DNA of 64,000 nt, from the NCBI GenBank assembly GCA_963675295.2, contig CAXXKJ010000002.1, forward strand, positions 2,912,001-2,976,000, read 5' to 3'. The notes under the pieces were generated by a model. The model searched no databases. It saw only the letters and a program-made list of their open reading frames with translations, and was not told where the DNA came from. A program made the position numbers and the translations under genes. Of the stretch, positions 38,429 through 51,355 are shown piece by piece. The number at the start of each line of letters is the position of its first letter. Positions within the stretch are counted from its first letter, which is position 1. The stretch comes from a bacterium (lineage in GTDB: Bacteria; Electryoneota; Electryoneia; Electryoneales; Electryoneaceae).

Positions 38429-39628
38429 ATGATTGTCGGTGTTCCCAAGGAGTTGTACCCGGGCGAGAAACGCGTCGCCATGGTCCCGGACCTCGTTCCG
38501 ATGCTGAAGAAGCGCGGAATCGATGTCATCGTGGAGCAGGGGGCCGGTTTCGGTGCCGGGCACCTCGACAAAGTGTACGAGGAAAAAGGTGCGACGGTCA
38601 CGGCCAGCCGGGACGAGATTTTCCAGAAATCGGATATCATCGTCCAGGTTCGTTCGTATGGTGGCGACGAGGACGCGTCGAAGGAAGACCTCGCACGCAT
38701 GAAGGCCGGCCAGCTGGTTTGCGGTCAGTCGGACTCGCTGGGCAACGCGGAAAAGGCGAAGGAATACGCGGACAAGAAGGTGAACCTGTTCTCGATGGAA
38801 CTGGTTCCGCGTATCACTCGCGCTCAGAGCATGGACGTTTTGTCCTCCCAGGCAAACATCGCGGGTTACAAAGCGGTTTTGCTGGGTGCTGCCGAGTTGC
38901 CGAAAATTTTCCCGATGATGATGACAGCGGCGGGCACGATTGCCCCGGCGAAGGTGTTTGTCATCGGTGCCGGTGTTGCGGGTTTGTCGGCGATTGCGAC
39001 GGCCAAGCGTCTCGGCGCGGTTGTGCATGCGTTTGACGTGCGTCCGGAGGTGAAGGAACAGATCGAGTCGCTCGGCGGGAAGTTCGTCGAGGTCGAGCTC
39101 GATACGTCCGAAGCCAAGGGCGAAGGCGGCTACGCGAAGGAACAGAGCGAAGAGTTCCTCAAGAAGCAACGCGAGATGATGGCGAAGGTGGTCGCGGAGT
39201 CGGATGTGATCGTCACCACCGCTGCGATTCCGGGCCGCAAGAGCCCGGTGATCGTCACCGCGGACATGGTCAAGCACATGCATCCGGGCTCGGTGATCAT
39301 CGACCTCGCCAGTGAGCGTGGCGGTAACTGTGAGCTGACGAAGCATGGTGAGCGGATCATCGAAAATGATGTCGTCATCATCGGCCCGTCGAACATCGTC
39401 TCGACGGTTGCGACTCACGCGAGCCAGATGTATGCGAAGAACATCCAGACCCTGCTGTTCCACCTCATCGACAAGGAAGGCAACTACAACCTTGACATGA
39501 GCGACGAGATCAACGAGGGTTCGATGGTTGTGTATAACGGGGAAGTTGTGCACGCACGTGTCCGTGACATCCTCGGCATGCCGGCGAAGGCGAAGCCGGC
39601 CGAATCCAACGATACGAAGGAGGCGTAA
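38429..39628 (+). CDS. pntA: NAD(P) transhydrogenase alpha subunit part 1 (domain I)
   Basis: GVPKE..GEKRVA, PRITRAQSMDVLSSQANIAGY, GAGVAGL, GGYAKE. Confidence 0.96.
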   Translation: MIVGVPKELYPGEKRVAMVPDLVPMLKKRGIDVIVEQGAGFGAGHLDKVYEEKGATVTASRDEIFQKSDIIVQVRSYGGDEDASKEDLARMKAGQLVCGQSDSLGNAEKAKEYADKKVNLFSMELVPRITRAQSMDVLSSQANIAGYKAVLLGAAELPKIFPMMMTAAGTIAPAKVFVIGAGVAGLSAIATAKRLGAVVHAFDVRPEVKEQIESLGGKFVEVELDTSEAKGEGGYAKEQSEEFLKKQREMMAKVVAESDVIVTTAAIPGRKSPVIVTADMVKHMHPGSVIIDLASERGGNCELTKHGERIIENDVVIIGPSNIVSTVATHASQMYAKNIQTLLFHLIDKEGNYNLDMSDEINEGSMVVYNGEVVHARVRDILGMPAKAKPAESNDTKEA

Positions 39629-39912
39629 TGGACCTCGTCATGCTGCTGACGGTCTTCGTCCTCGCGATTTTCGTGGGGTTCGAGGTGATCACCAAGGTGC
39701 CGCCGACGTTGCATACGCCGTTGATGTCGGGATCGAACGCGATTTCCGGGATCACGATTGTCGGTGCGCTGCTGGCCGCTGGTGCCGCGGCGGAACACTC
39801 GACACACCTGGCGAAGACATTTGGGATGATCGCGCTGGTGTTCGCCACCATTAACGTGGTCGGCGGGTTCCTCGTGACCCATCGTATGCTGAAGATGTTC
39901 AAGAAGAAATAA
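39628..39912 (+). CDS. pntA: NAD(P) transhydrogenase alpha subunit part 2 (membrane)
   Basis: VPPTLHTPLMSGSNAISG, NVVGGFLVT.RML.MF. Confidence 0.96.
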   Translation: MDLVMLLTVFVLAIFVGFEVITKVPPTLHTPLMSGSNAISGITIVGALLAAGAAAEHSTHLAKTFGMIALVFATINVVGGFLVTHRMLKMFKKK

Positions 39913-39924
39913 GGGGCCGCAGAC

Positions 39925-41508
39925 ATGCTGAGTCATAGTGTAGTCAACATTGCCTACGTGGTGGCGGCGGTCCTGTTCATCTTCGGATTGAAGGGCATGG
40001 CGCACCCACGCACGGCGGTCAAGGGCAACCTGACCGGCGCGGTGGGTATGCTGATCGCCGTCCTCGCAACGGTTCTCAGCCCGGAGTTCGGGCTGGACTG
40101 GATTTACGTTCTCATCGGTCTCGCGATTGGTACCGTGATTGGTGCTGTTTTCGCCGTACGCATCGCGATGACCTCGATGCCGGAACTGGTGGCGTTGTTT
40201 AACGGTTTCGGTGGTGCGGCGTCAATCGTCGTCGCCGCGGCCGAGCTGGTTAAGTACTTTGAACACGGTGCCGGTGCGGAAGTCAACATCACCCAGATGT
40301 CGATTGCGACCGTGCTCGCCGGGCTGATTGGTTCGGTAACGTTCTTCGGATCGTACATCGCGTTTGGTAAGCTGGCCGAGTTCCTCGCGGTCAAGTGGAA
40401 GCTGTATCCGTGGCAACGGATGGTGAAGTTCCTCGCCGCCGCGATCTTCGTCGCCTTCGGCGGGTTTATTGCCTGGGCGTACAGCTTCAGCATCTTCTCG
40501 ATTCTGTCGCTCGTGTTCCTGCTGATCACGGCGTTGATCACCTACGCGAAGAAGGCTGTCTTCCCGGGCATGCAGGCGCTGAAGCTCGTCGCCGCGATCG
40601 CAACGGTCGCCGTCGGCGTGATGATGGTCCTGCAGACCATGGGCGTGATGACGTTCGCGGCCAACCCGATGGACCTGTTCTGGCTGCTGGTTGCGATTTC
40701 GGCACTGCTTGGTGTGACGCTCACCTTCTCCATCGGTGGTGCGGACATGCCGGTAGTGATTGCGTTGCTCAACAGCTATTCCGGTATTGCAGCGGCGATG
40801 ACTGGTTTCGTGATCAACAACACGGTTCTGATCATCGCCGGTTCGCTCGTCGGTGCGTCGGGTATCATCCTGACGAACCTGATGTGCGTCGCGATGAACC
40901 GTTCGCTGACCAACGTGCTGTTCGGCGCGATGGGTTCGTCGGTGCAGGATGTGGACGTTGACGAAGTCTACAAGACGGTCAAGAGTACGTCCGCGGACGA
41001 AATCGCGATGATGCTCGAGATGGCGCAGAAGGTGCTGATCGTGCCGGGCTACGGCATGGCGGTATCGCAGGCTCAGCACACCGTGCGTGACCTCGCCAAC
41101 CTGCTCGAATCCAAGTGGGAAATCGAGGTTGTCTACGGCGTCCACCCGGTCGCCGGCCGTATGCCGGGCCACATGAACGTGCTGCTCGCGGAAGCGAACG
41201 TGCCGTACGACAAGCTGCTCGAGATGGACACCATCAATTCGATGATGGATTCGATTGATGTCGCCATCGTGATCGGCGCCAACGACGTGGTCAACCCCGT
41301 CGCGCGCACCGACCCGGACAGCCCGATCGCCGGTATGCCGATCATCGACGTCGACAAGGCGCGCACGGTCATCATGATCAAGCGTTCGCTGAGCCCGGGC
41401 TTCGCCGGTATCCCGAACCCGCTGTTCGCCGCCGAAAACGCGTTGATGTTCTTCAACGACGGTAAGAAGGCGTTCAACGAGATCATCACGGCGGTCAAGG
41501 AGTCGTAA
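39925..41508 (+). CDS. pntB: NAD(P) transhydrogenase beta subunit
   Basis: MPELVA, IGGADMPVVI..LNSYSG, VPGYGMA, HPVAGRMPGHMNVLLAEA. Confidence 0.97.
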   Translation: MLSHSVVNIAYVVAAVLFIFGLKGMAHPRTAVKGNLTGAVGMLIAVLATVLSPEFGLDWIYVLIGLAIGTVIGAVFAVRIAMTSMPELVALFNGFGGAASIVVAAAELVKYFEHGAGAEVNITQMSIATVLAGLIGSVTFFGSYIAFGKLAEFLAVKWKLYPWQRMVKFLAAAIFVAFGGFIAWAYSFSIFSILSLVFLLITALITYAKKAVFPGMQALKLVAAIATVAVGVMMVLQTMGVMTFAANPMDLFWLLVAISALLGVTLTFSIGGADMPVVIALLNSYSGIAAAMTGFVINNTVLIIAGSLVGASGIILTNLMCVAMNRSLTNVLFGAMGSSVQDVDVDEVYKTVKSTSADEIAMMLEMAQKVLIVPGYGMAVSQAQHTVRDLANLLESKWEIEVVYGVHPVAGRMPGHMNVLLAEANVPYDKLLEMDTINSMMDSIDVAIVIGANDVVNPVARTDPDSPIAGMPIIDVDKARTVIMIKRSLSPGFAGIPNPLFAAENALMFFNDGKKAFNEIITAVKES

Positions 41509-41511
41509 AAG

Positions 41512-41560
41512 ACAGTCGTCAGTGATCAGTGATCAGTGATCAGTACTCAGTACTCAGGAA
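41512..41560. repeat. solo heptamer array TCAGTNN x7
   Basis: ACAGTCG TCAGTGA TCAGTGA TCAGTGA TCAGTAC TCAGTAC TCAGGAA, 3 nt after the pntB stop. Confidence 0.92.
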
Positions 41561-41566
41561 AACCTC

Positions 41567-41599
41567 AAGCCCGGTGGCGAACATGCTGCCGGGCTTTTT
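41567..41599 (+). terminator. intrinsic terminator of the pnt operon
   Basis: AAGCCCGGTGGC-N6-GCTGCCGGGCTT followed by TTT. Confidence 0.8.
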
Positions 41600-41764
41600 G
41601 CTGTAGCACACGGCACTTCGGGAATTCCATTCCGTTGAATCCGTTCAACAATCTGAGATATCGGTTGTGAATTGTTGCGGCGGGAGGCTTCTTGCACTAC
41701 CATTCTGGATAATGGACAATGAAATCGCTGGCAAGTACCCGGCCAAATCGAAGGAGACCGTTAA

Positions 41765-44266
41765 ATGCGAACATTCACCTGCATGCTTCTCATTCTGTCA
41801 CTCCTCCCCATCACCCTTGTCGCCGAGGAAAGCTGGCCGCATCACGAAGTTGCGATCATCAACTGGAACGCTGCCATTACTCATGCTGACTACGACCTCG
41901 ATGGCGATGAGGACATCATCGAGATTGACCATGGGGGTGGGTTGTACGTCTGGGAAAACGATGGTTCGGCAACATTCGCACCCGGCGAACTGTTGGTCCT
42001 GCTCTCAGCTCCCTGGTCAACCACACCTGCAGATATGGACAACGATGGCGACCTCGACCTCGTTGTCAGCTATTCAGCAACTGGCGGTGTTAAAAGCATC
42101 GGATTAGTGCGAAATAACGATGGCGACTTCATTCTGGAGAATATCATCAGCGATGATGCGTTACCCAACTGGAGCAAAGTGGTTGACAAGGACAATGACG
42201 GTGATCTGGATATCTACTCGGACACCGGTGTGGCCATCCAGTGGCTGATCAATGATGGATCCGGCCAATTTACCGAACAACTTTTTGAGTTGCCGGTTAC
42301 GGATATCAATAGTCTACATTTCGCTGATATCGACAACGACGGCGATCTGGATTACTTCATGAATTCTGACTACGAGGGTGTGGATGGATTTCGTTGTTTC
42401 ATAAACGATGGTAATGATAACTACACGGTACACGTATTGTATTATTCGTCATGCAGAATCAAGGTTGTGCAACAAGATGGCGAACAATATGCGGATCTGT
42501 TCATTGTGAACGAAGACAGAATGTTTCGGTATCGATACAATGGTGTCGATTTCGATTCGGAAACTGTGTCTCTGACCTGTGACCTCGGTGCCGGCTGGAT
42601 GGAATTCGCTGACTTTGACCTTGACGGAATCAAAGAAATCGCCGTGTTCCATTACATAGGTGCAGTTCGTTGGTACCAACGTCTGGGCGATGACGACTAT
42701 CAGTGCTGGCAGATTGACAACTCAAACTACCTGGATCGTGCGGGATTCTTCGCCGATCTCGACGGTGATGGCGACGAGGACTTTGCCGCGACCGGCCAGG
42801 TCATTGGGATCGATGTCCATCTGTCATGGTGGGAGAACCCGGACTATCAGACCGGTGTCGATGTCGATGCCGCACTAACCGTAGATGGAACTGTCGAGCT
42901 CAGTTGGGTAGATCTGAATGCTTCACAATACCTTGTTCGACGGAATGGGCAGAACATCGCGTTGGTGACCGAAAACCACTACACCGACCAGCTTCCCCAC
43001 CATGTGCTCTACGAATACACGGTCACACCGAACCCGCAACTGCCCGACAGCAAACCGTCGTATCCCTGTGACGTGTTCTGGCCGGATGTTGACAACCTTG
43101 TTGTATTTGCTGATTTCGACAACGGATTGCCGCCATCGTGGACCATCGAGGAGGCTACCGGCACCCACACCTGGGAAGCGGGCATGGGACCGTCGGATAT
43201 CGAACTGGAGCTGTTCGATTCTCCGTGTATGTTTATTGGTACCGACTATTATGAGGAGGGTGATTGGAAAGGCCGGCTCCAGACCGGGACGCTGATCAAG
43301 GGAACGAACGACAGGGTTGAAGTCGGATTCGATCACATTTCCCGGTTCAGCCACCCCGATGTGGGTAAACTTATGTGTTCGCTGGACAACGGGGTGACGT
43401 GGACCGTCGTGGAATGCTATACCGACAACCTTGAACGCTATCAGTACTTCGAATTGACAGACGAACTGGCAGGCGCGACCGAGTTCAAGATCGGATTTGA
43501 TTTCTGGTCATCCGGTTATGACGTCTGGGCGATTGACAACGTCCTCGTGTCGGTGCAGGAACAACCGTTAGTCTTGGCCCTCACCCCACAGAACACAACC
43601 ATCCCGGAAGGCGGTGGTACGTTGGTCTACGATGCAGGGGTCATCTCGCAACTGGCTGCTCCGGTCAGCAACATCAGCTACTGGATCGAAATCGAACTGC
43701 CAACCGGCGACATAGTAGCACAGACAGTTCTCAGCGGCTTGACCCTGCCCGCGTTCGGGGATCTTACTGTTCCGGGCATCACATTGACTGTACCCGCCAA
43801 CGCTCCTGCAGGGGACTATGTGTTCACGGGGAGGCTTGGAAAACCGAACAACCCCTCGTTGCAGATTCATGATTCGTTCGGGTTCACGAAGCAGGGTAAC
43901 GTTACCGTGAACACCCTCTCCCCCGCACCAGATCAATGGGTATCCGGGAATCTTGACGGCTGGTTCGCCGGTGAACAGACTGGGATTACCTCTCTCCCCC
44001 GTGTATACGAGTTGGCTGCCCCGCACCCGAACCCATTCAACCCGACGACGACGGTGAGTGTGGCGTTGCCAACGGCTTCTGATTTGCATGTCGCTGTCTA
44101 CAATACCCTCGGCCAGACCATTGCGACGCTTGCGAGCAGACGTTTCGCAGCTGGGAAGCATCAGTTCGTGTTTGACGGATCGCAGTTGTCCAGCGGCGTG
44201 TATTTCGTGCACGCGGTCGTGCCGGGTGAGTTGAACCAGACGCGAAAGATCGTGCTGATGAAGTAA
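41765..44266 (+). CDS. secreted FG-GAP/VCBS repeat protein with T9SS type A-like C-terminal sorting domain
   Basis: signal peptide; repeated D.D.DGD.D motifs; C-terminal PNPFNPTTTV...LSSGVYF...RKIVLMK. Confidence 0.9.
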   Translation: MRTFTCMLLILSLLPITLVAEESWPHHEVAIINWNAAITHADYDLDGDEDIIEIDHGGGLYVWENDGSATFAPGELLVLLSAPWSTTPADMDNDGDLDLVVSYSATGGVKSIGLVRNNDGDFILENIISDDALPNWSKVVDKDNDGDLDIYSDTGVAIQWLINDGSGQFTEQLFELPVTDINSLHFADIDNDGDLDYFMNSDYEGVDGFRCFINDGNDNYTVHVLYYSSCRIKVVQQDGEQYADLFIVNEDRMFRYRYNGVDFDSETVSLTCDLGAGWMEFADFDLDGIKEIAVFHYIGAVRWYQRLGDDDYQCWQIDNSNYLDRAGFFADLDGDGDEDFAATGQVIGIDVHLSWWENPDYQTGVDVDAALTVDGTVELSWVDLNASQYLVRRNGQNIALVTENHYTDQLPHHVLYEYTVTPNPQLPDSKPSYPCDVFWPDVDNLVVFADFDNGLPPSWTIEEATGTHTWEAGMGPSDIELELFDSPCMFIGTDYYEEGDWKGRLQTGTLIKGTNDRVEVGFDHISRFSHPDVGKLMCSLDNGVTWTVVECYTDNLERYQYFELTDELAGATEFKIGFDFWSSGYDVWAIDNVLVSVQEQPLVLALTPQNTTIPEGGGTLVYDAGVISQLAAPVSNISYWIEIELPTGDIVAQTVLSGLTLPAFGDLTVPGITLTVPANAPAGDYVFTGRLGKPNNPSLQIHDSFGFTKQGNVTVNTLSPAPDQWVSGNLDGWFAGEQTGITSLPRVYELAAPHPNPFNPTTTVSVALPTASDLHVAVYNTLGQTIATLASRRFAAGKHQFVFDGSQLSSGVYFVHAVVPGELNQTRKIVLMK

Positions 44267-44294
44267 GCAATACACGAATAGCTGGACTTACGAG

Positions 44295-44327
44295 AAAGGG
44301 GATCATCTGAGTTCGACGATCCCCTTT
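44295..44327. terminator. hairpin/terminator between convergent genes
   Basis: AAAGGGGATC-N13-GATCCCCTTT. Confidence 0.6.
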
Positions 44328-44352
44328 GTAAATCTGCGCAGTGTGTTTCAGC

Positions 44353-46575
<2,223 letters not shown>

Positions 46576-47003
46576 TCAGCGTGCCAAATGTTGTATGCCT
46601 TGAGTGCAATCGGGATGCTGCCTCATCGAGCATCCGCATCTTGATCGTACTTGAATTGAAGTAAGAATCTATCCGATTTAGGATTTGTTTTCAAGTGTTC
46701 AATAGAAAAAGCGCTCCGAGTTCGGGAGTGTAAGAGGTGTGTACGCTCGTGGGCGAAATCAGGGCAAGGGAAAAGTTGGCGAGGTTTAGCGATGAGAGGT
46801 TGTGAACGAAGAAATCGAATGGGAACGCATGGGTTCCCCAGGGCAGTATCGCGCGCAGGCCACGATCCGCCGAACAGAGAGATGCCCTGTATTAATCCCC
46901 GGGAATATCAAGGAGATACGAGACGATGCCCCCAGAAACACGAGAACCGGACATCGTTGCCCGGTCGAGTCAGTCGCTACAAGCTATCCGTTGTCGATGG
47001 AAT

Positions 47004-47606
47004 CTACAGCAGTTGCCGCACCATGCCTTCCAACTCACCACCGCGTGGTTTGTCGCTACTCTCAAAGCGGGCGACGAGGTTGCCTTCCCGATCAAGGAGG
47101 AACTTGTTGAAGTTCCAGCTGATCTCACCGGGCAGCGGTGAACTCTCAGTCAGGTATTCGTACAACGGGTGCTTATCCTTCCCCTTGACGCTGATCTTAG
47201 CCATCATCGGGAAGGTGACATCATACTCAGTGGTACAAAACTCGAGGATTTCCTGATTCGTACCGGGTTCCTGGCCCATGAAATTGTTGGCCGGGAAACC
47301 GATAATCACGAGTCCTTTATCGTTGTAGGTTTCGTACAGCGACTGCAACCCCTCGTATTGAGAGGTGAAGCCACATTTGGAAGCCACATTGACCAGCACC
47401 ACCAACTTACCGTTGTAAGCACGCAGGGTGGTAGTATCCCCATGAATCGTCTCGATCGGATAATCCAGATAGGACTGTTCCTGGTTTACCTCGGGGTTGC
47501 TGACCACTTCGTCCTCCGCCTGCAGACGGTTTACAAAAATGGCAGCACACATGATGCCGAGGGCCAGAGAAAGCAGGCCTAGCGCAAAACGTGTCCCGTT
47601 ATTCAC
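47004..47606 (-). CDS. glutathione peroxidase family protein (Cys type, N-terminal signal/TM)
   Basis: VNVASKCGFT.QY, GFPANNF..QEPG, WNFNKFL. Confidence 0.95.
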   Translation of the reverse strand: MNNGTRFALGLLSLALGIMCAAIFVNRLQAEDEVVSNPEVNQEQSYLDYPIETIHGDTTTLRAYNGKLVVLVNVASKCGFTSQYEGLQSLYETYNDKGLVIIGFPANNFMGQEPGTNQEILEFCTTEYDVTFPMMAKISVKGKDKHPLYEYLTESSPLPGEISWNFNKFLLDREGNLVARFESSDKPRGGELEGMVRQLL

Positions 47607-48044
47607 TTCTCCTCCTCACAACAGGCATCGTGGTTACGCCCTCCTCGCCCACGATGTACAGCTTGACGTTTCTATCCTTTTCGCCCAAGGATTTACAATG
47701 TTGTTCCGCGCGGACGTAACTTGCACACGGTACGTCAGCTTGATTGTGCGCGGACGCACTTCTGTCCTTCTCTGTTCCCTGCCGGGGATATTGTCACAGC
47801 AACCCGTGGATGGTTTAATACGTGTACTGGGAGTGCTAAATGTAATGCCGTTACACCAAGAAAGTCCAATTTCACAAATTATCGAAGTTGTAGAAAAACA
47901 CCAAGGTCCAAAGTTGACTTGCTCGGAGCACTCATGCTCACAGCCGTGGCGCAGTGTAAACGAAATTGCCCGACAATTGTTTGTTACTTGTGGCTGTTCG
48001 TGTTAGGAGTTCCTTTCACCCCACAGATTGGAGTCGCTCAACGC

Positions 48045-49934
48045 ATGCCCCGTTACGCACAAACCGTCCACGCACCAGAAATTCCGTCGAACCTGGAATG
48101 GCTCAACACGGATCGGAAACTGTCTCTCTCGGATCTGCACGGCAAGGTCGTCCTGCTCGATTTCTGGACGTACTGCTGCATCAACTGTCAGCATGTACTC
48201 CCGAAACTGGCACATCTGGAGGAGAAATACGGTGACGCACTGGTGGTCGTGGGGGTGCACTCCGCAAAATTTCAAGATGAAGGGGCCAGCGAAAACATCC
48301 GCCAGGCGATCCTTCGCCACAACATTCAGCATCCGGTTGTCAATGACCGTCAGTTTCAAGTCTGGAAAAACTACGCCATCCGGGCATGGCCCACAATGGT
48401 CTTGATCGATCCGGACGGCTATGTGGTGTCCACGGAGTCCGGGGAGTCCGCGCCGGACAAATTCGACCCGTGGATCGCCGGTTTGATCGAGCATTTTGAC
48501 GAACAGGGGAAGCTCGATCGGACACCGTTAAACCTGACCAAAGAGAAAGACTTAGCACCGGATAACTTGCTGGCGTTTCCGAGCAAAATCCGTGTTGATG
48601 AAACAAGTGGCAGGCTGTTCATCGCCGACTCGAATCACAACCGGATCGTGGTCGTAAACAGAGCCACCGGAGAGGTGCTCCAGTTGATCGGGTCCGGCGA
48701 GGCAGGGTTGCGTGATGGAAAGTTCGGCGAGGCACAATTCAATCATCCGCAGGGCATGGAGTTGATCGAGGACGTACTCTACATCGCGGACACGCAGAAT
48801 CACGTTCTCCGTGCGGTCGATCTGGACAAGGAAGCTGTCACAACCGTTGCCGGAACCGGCCAGCAGGGCGGATATGGCCACGGTACAGGCCGTGCGTTGG
48901 ACACTCCGTTGGCGAGCCCGTGGGATCTGGTCTGGGACGGTGACCGGTTGTACATCGCGATGGCCGGCCCGCACCAGTTGTGGTATTACGATCCGGCGAC
49001 GAAGCAAGTCGGTGTCTGGGCTGGAACCGGGCAGGAAGACCTGATCGACGCGCCGTTGCTGAATGCCGCCCTCGCCCAACCCAGCGGGGTCACCTATGAT
49101 GGCCGCAACTGGATTTTCTTCGTCGACAGCGAAGTGTCGGCCATCCGTGGCGCACAAACGGACGCCGGCGGGCTCGTCAACACGGTGATCGGACATGGCC
49201 TGTTCGAGTTCGGCGACATCGATGGAGATCGGTTGAAAGCCCGCCTGCAGCATCCGCTCGGGGTATCGTACTACGACGGGCTGCTCTACGTCGCGGACAC
49301 ATACAACAACAAGATCAAGGTCGTCGATCCCGGCGAACGGACCTCACACACCTGGGCCGGAACCGGCATCGGCGGACTTAAGGACGGCCCGAAAGCCAAG
49401 GCCCGATTTGACGAACCGGGCGGGATCGACGTCGCGGACGACGGTACGGTGTATGTCGCCGACACCAACAACCACGCCATCCGTGTGATCGATCCGGATA
49501 GCGGTGAGGTACGCACGCTCGCGTTGACCGGTTTGACGAAGATGATGCCGCAGACCGAATCCATCGACGTGTACAACGCGATCACGTTGCCGGAGCAGGC
49601 TGTCAGCCCCGCGACCCGCACGCTCGAGATCGGCATGACCTTCCCGGACGGCTACAAGCTCAATGCCGCAGGCGGGTTGCAGCTGATGCTGGAGGGTGCA
49701 TCTGCGAATCCAGACGACCTGTTTACGACGCATGTTCCGGTGTCGGTTCCAGTCACGCTGGACAAAGGCGTGTCCGAGCTGATTGTCAGTTTCTCGTTCG
49801 TGTATTGCCGGGTCGACAACGAGGGTCTGTGCTATTTCGGCGATCAGGTTGCCCGGATTCCGCTCGTTTGGAGTGAAAATGCTTCGGCGTCCGCCACGCT
49901 TCCGCTGCAGATGGTGGTTGATCACGCCGACTAG
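48045..49934 (+). CDS. thioredoxin-like + NHL repeat protein (NHLRC2/SOQ1-like)
   Basis: LLDFWTYCCINC, VGVHSAKF, NHL repeats (IADSNHNRI, YVADTYNNKI); start moved to MPRYAQ. Confidence 0.9.
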   Translation: MPRYAQTVHAPEIPSNLEWLNTDRKLSLSDLHGKVVLLDFWTYCCINCQHVLPKLAHLEEKYGDALVVVGVHSAKFQDEGASENIRQAILRHNIQHPVVNDRQFQVWKNYAIRAWPTMVLIDPDGYVVSTESGESAPDKFDPWIAGLIEHFDEQGKLDRTPLNLTKEKDLAPDNLLAFPSKIRVDETSGRLFIADSNHNRIVVVNRATGEVLQLIGSGEAGLRDGKFGEAQFNHPQGMELIEDVLYIADTQNHVLRAVDLDKEAVTTVAGTGQQGGYGHGTGRALDTPLASPWDLVWDGDRLYIAMAGPHQLWYYDPATKQVGVWAGTGQEDLIDAPLLNAALAQPSGVTYDGRNWIFFVDSEVSAIRGAQTDAGGLVNTVIGHGLFEFGDIDGDRLKARLQHPLGVSYYDGLLYVADTYNNKIKVVDPGERTSHTWAGTGIGGLKDGPKAKARFDEPGGIDVADDGTVYVADTNNHAIRVIDPDSGEVRTLALTGLTKMMPQTESIDVYNAITLPEQAVSPATRTLEIGMTFPDGYKLNAAGGLQLMLEGASANPDDLFTTHVPVSVPVTLDKGVSELIVSFSFVYCRVDNEGLCYFGDQVARIPLVWSENASASATLPLQMVVDHAD

Positions 49935-50035
49935 TCAGGAGTATTTCCCGGTGTGTGCCTCATTGCGAGAGGCAGGGATTGGATAGTACCCTCCGTCACG
50001 AAAAAGCCGCACATGATTGACGACGGGAGACCTTG

Positions 50036-51355
50036 ATGCCTTGCATTGGAATGCGGTTGGAAACCAAGTCCAACCTCGAACGGCGTGCGCCGTTAACTCC
50101 GGACGATGTCCGTGATATGTTACTGATTGACGGGATGGAAATCATTGTCCAGCCTTCCCCGTACCGTGTTTTCACGGATGACGAATACGCTGCTGCCGGT
50201 GCGACGATCTCGGAGGATATCTCGGGATGCGATTTCATCCTCGGGATCAAGGAAGTCAAGGAACCGTACCTGCACCCGGGCAAGCCGCACCTGTTTTTCT
50301 CGCATGTGATCAAAGGCCAGCCGTACAACATGTCGATGATGCGGGCGATCCTGGACAAGAAAGTGACCCTGTTGGATTACGAAAAGGTCACCGACGAACG
50401 CGGCATCCGGCTGATCGCGTTCTCATTCCAGGCCGGCCAGGCGGGCATGGTGAACGGTCTGTGGTCGTTGGGCCAGCGGTACAAAGCGATGGGATACGAT
50501 ACACCGTTGGCGAACCTGAAGCAGGCATCGGCATATGAGGGCGGTCTGCCGGAAGCGAAGGCGGCGATTGCCGAGGCCGGCGCGAAGATCCAGCAGTTCG
50601 GCCTGCCGAAGGAGATCAGCCCGGTGGTGATCGGAATTACCGGAGGTCCGGGCCGCGTCAGCCTTGGCGCGCAGGATGTGCTGGCGGCGTTGAATCCAAC
50701 GAACCTCTCCCCTGCCGAATTGCATTACAAGCCGATGCGGGATGTGTTGACCAACGATCAGGTCTACCAGGTTGTGTTCGACATGCCGGACTTCCTCCGC
50801 CGCAGCGACGGCCAACCCTACGAGTTCCAGGATTACCTCGCGAATCCGGATCAGTACGAGGGCTTTATGAACGAGTCGTTGCCGTTCGTGAGCATGCTGG
50901 TCAATGGGATTTACTGGGAAGAGCGCTACCCGAAGCTGGTTACGCTCGAGATGCTGCGAGCCATGTTCGCGGACGGCAAGCAGCCGAAGCTGACCGTGAT
51001 TTCGGACGTCACCTGCGATGTCGAGGGCAGCATCGAGAGCACCAAGGTCGCGACATTGCCGGACAAGCCAGTGTATGTCTACAAGCCGGACACGGACGAG
51101 ATCGTGTATGGCTTCGACGGCCCGGGCCTTCAGATGATGACGGTGGACATTCTCCCGACCGAGATCCCGCGTGAATCCAGCGAACAGTTCGGCATTATGC
51201 TGAAACCGTTCCTGCCAGCGCTTGCGGGTGCGGATTACTCCGTTCCGTTCGAGGAATTGGATCTCCCGCCGGAGTTCAAGCGTGCGCTGATTGCACACCA
51301 GGGAGAGTTGACCCCGGATTACAAGTATATCGAGGATTTTTTGAAGGAAAGCTGA
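50036..51355 (+). CDS. lysine-ketoglutarate reductase / saccharopine dehydrogenase family protein
   Basis: ERRAPLTP, LGIKE, FFSHVIKGQPYNM, NGIYW, ISDVTCD..GSIE. Confidence 0.88.
   Translation: MPCIGMRLETKSNLERRAPLTPDDVRDMLLIDGMEIIVQPSPYRVFTDDEYAAAGATISEDISGCDFILGIKEVKEPYLHPGKPHLFFSHVIKGQPYNMSMMRAILDKKVTLLDYEKVTDERGIRLIAFSFQAGQAGMVNGLWSLGQRYKAMGYDTPLANLKQASAYEGGLPEAKAAIAEAGAKIQQFGLPKEISPVVIGITGGPGRVSLGAQDVLAALNPTNLSPAELHYKPMRDVLTNDQVYQVVFDMPDFLRRSDGQPYEFQDYLANPDQYEGFMNESLPFVSMLVNGIYWEERYPKLVTLEMLRAMFADGKQPKLTVISDVTCDVEGSIESTKVATLPDKPVYVYKPDTDEIVYGFDGPGLQMMTVDILPTEIPRESSEQFGIMLKPFLPALAGADYSVPFEELDLPPEFKRALIAHQGELTPDYKYIEDFLKES

Noticed and set aside
47004-47606. Selenocysteine glutathione peroxidase
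   Set aside because: The active-site residue is an ordinary Cys (SKCG) with no in-frame TGA.
47721-48044. 108-aa N-terminal extension of the Trx-NHL protein
   Set aside because: AT-rich, non-coding-like sequence from a TTG start; family-like sequence begins near the ATG at 48045.
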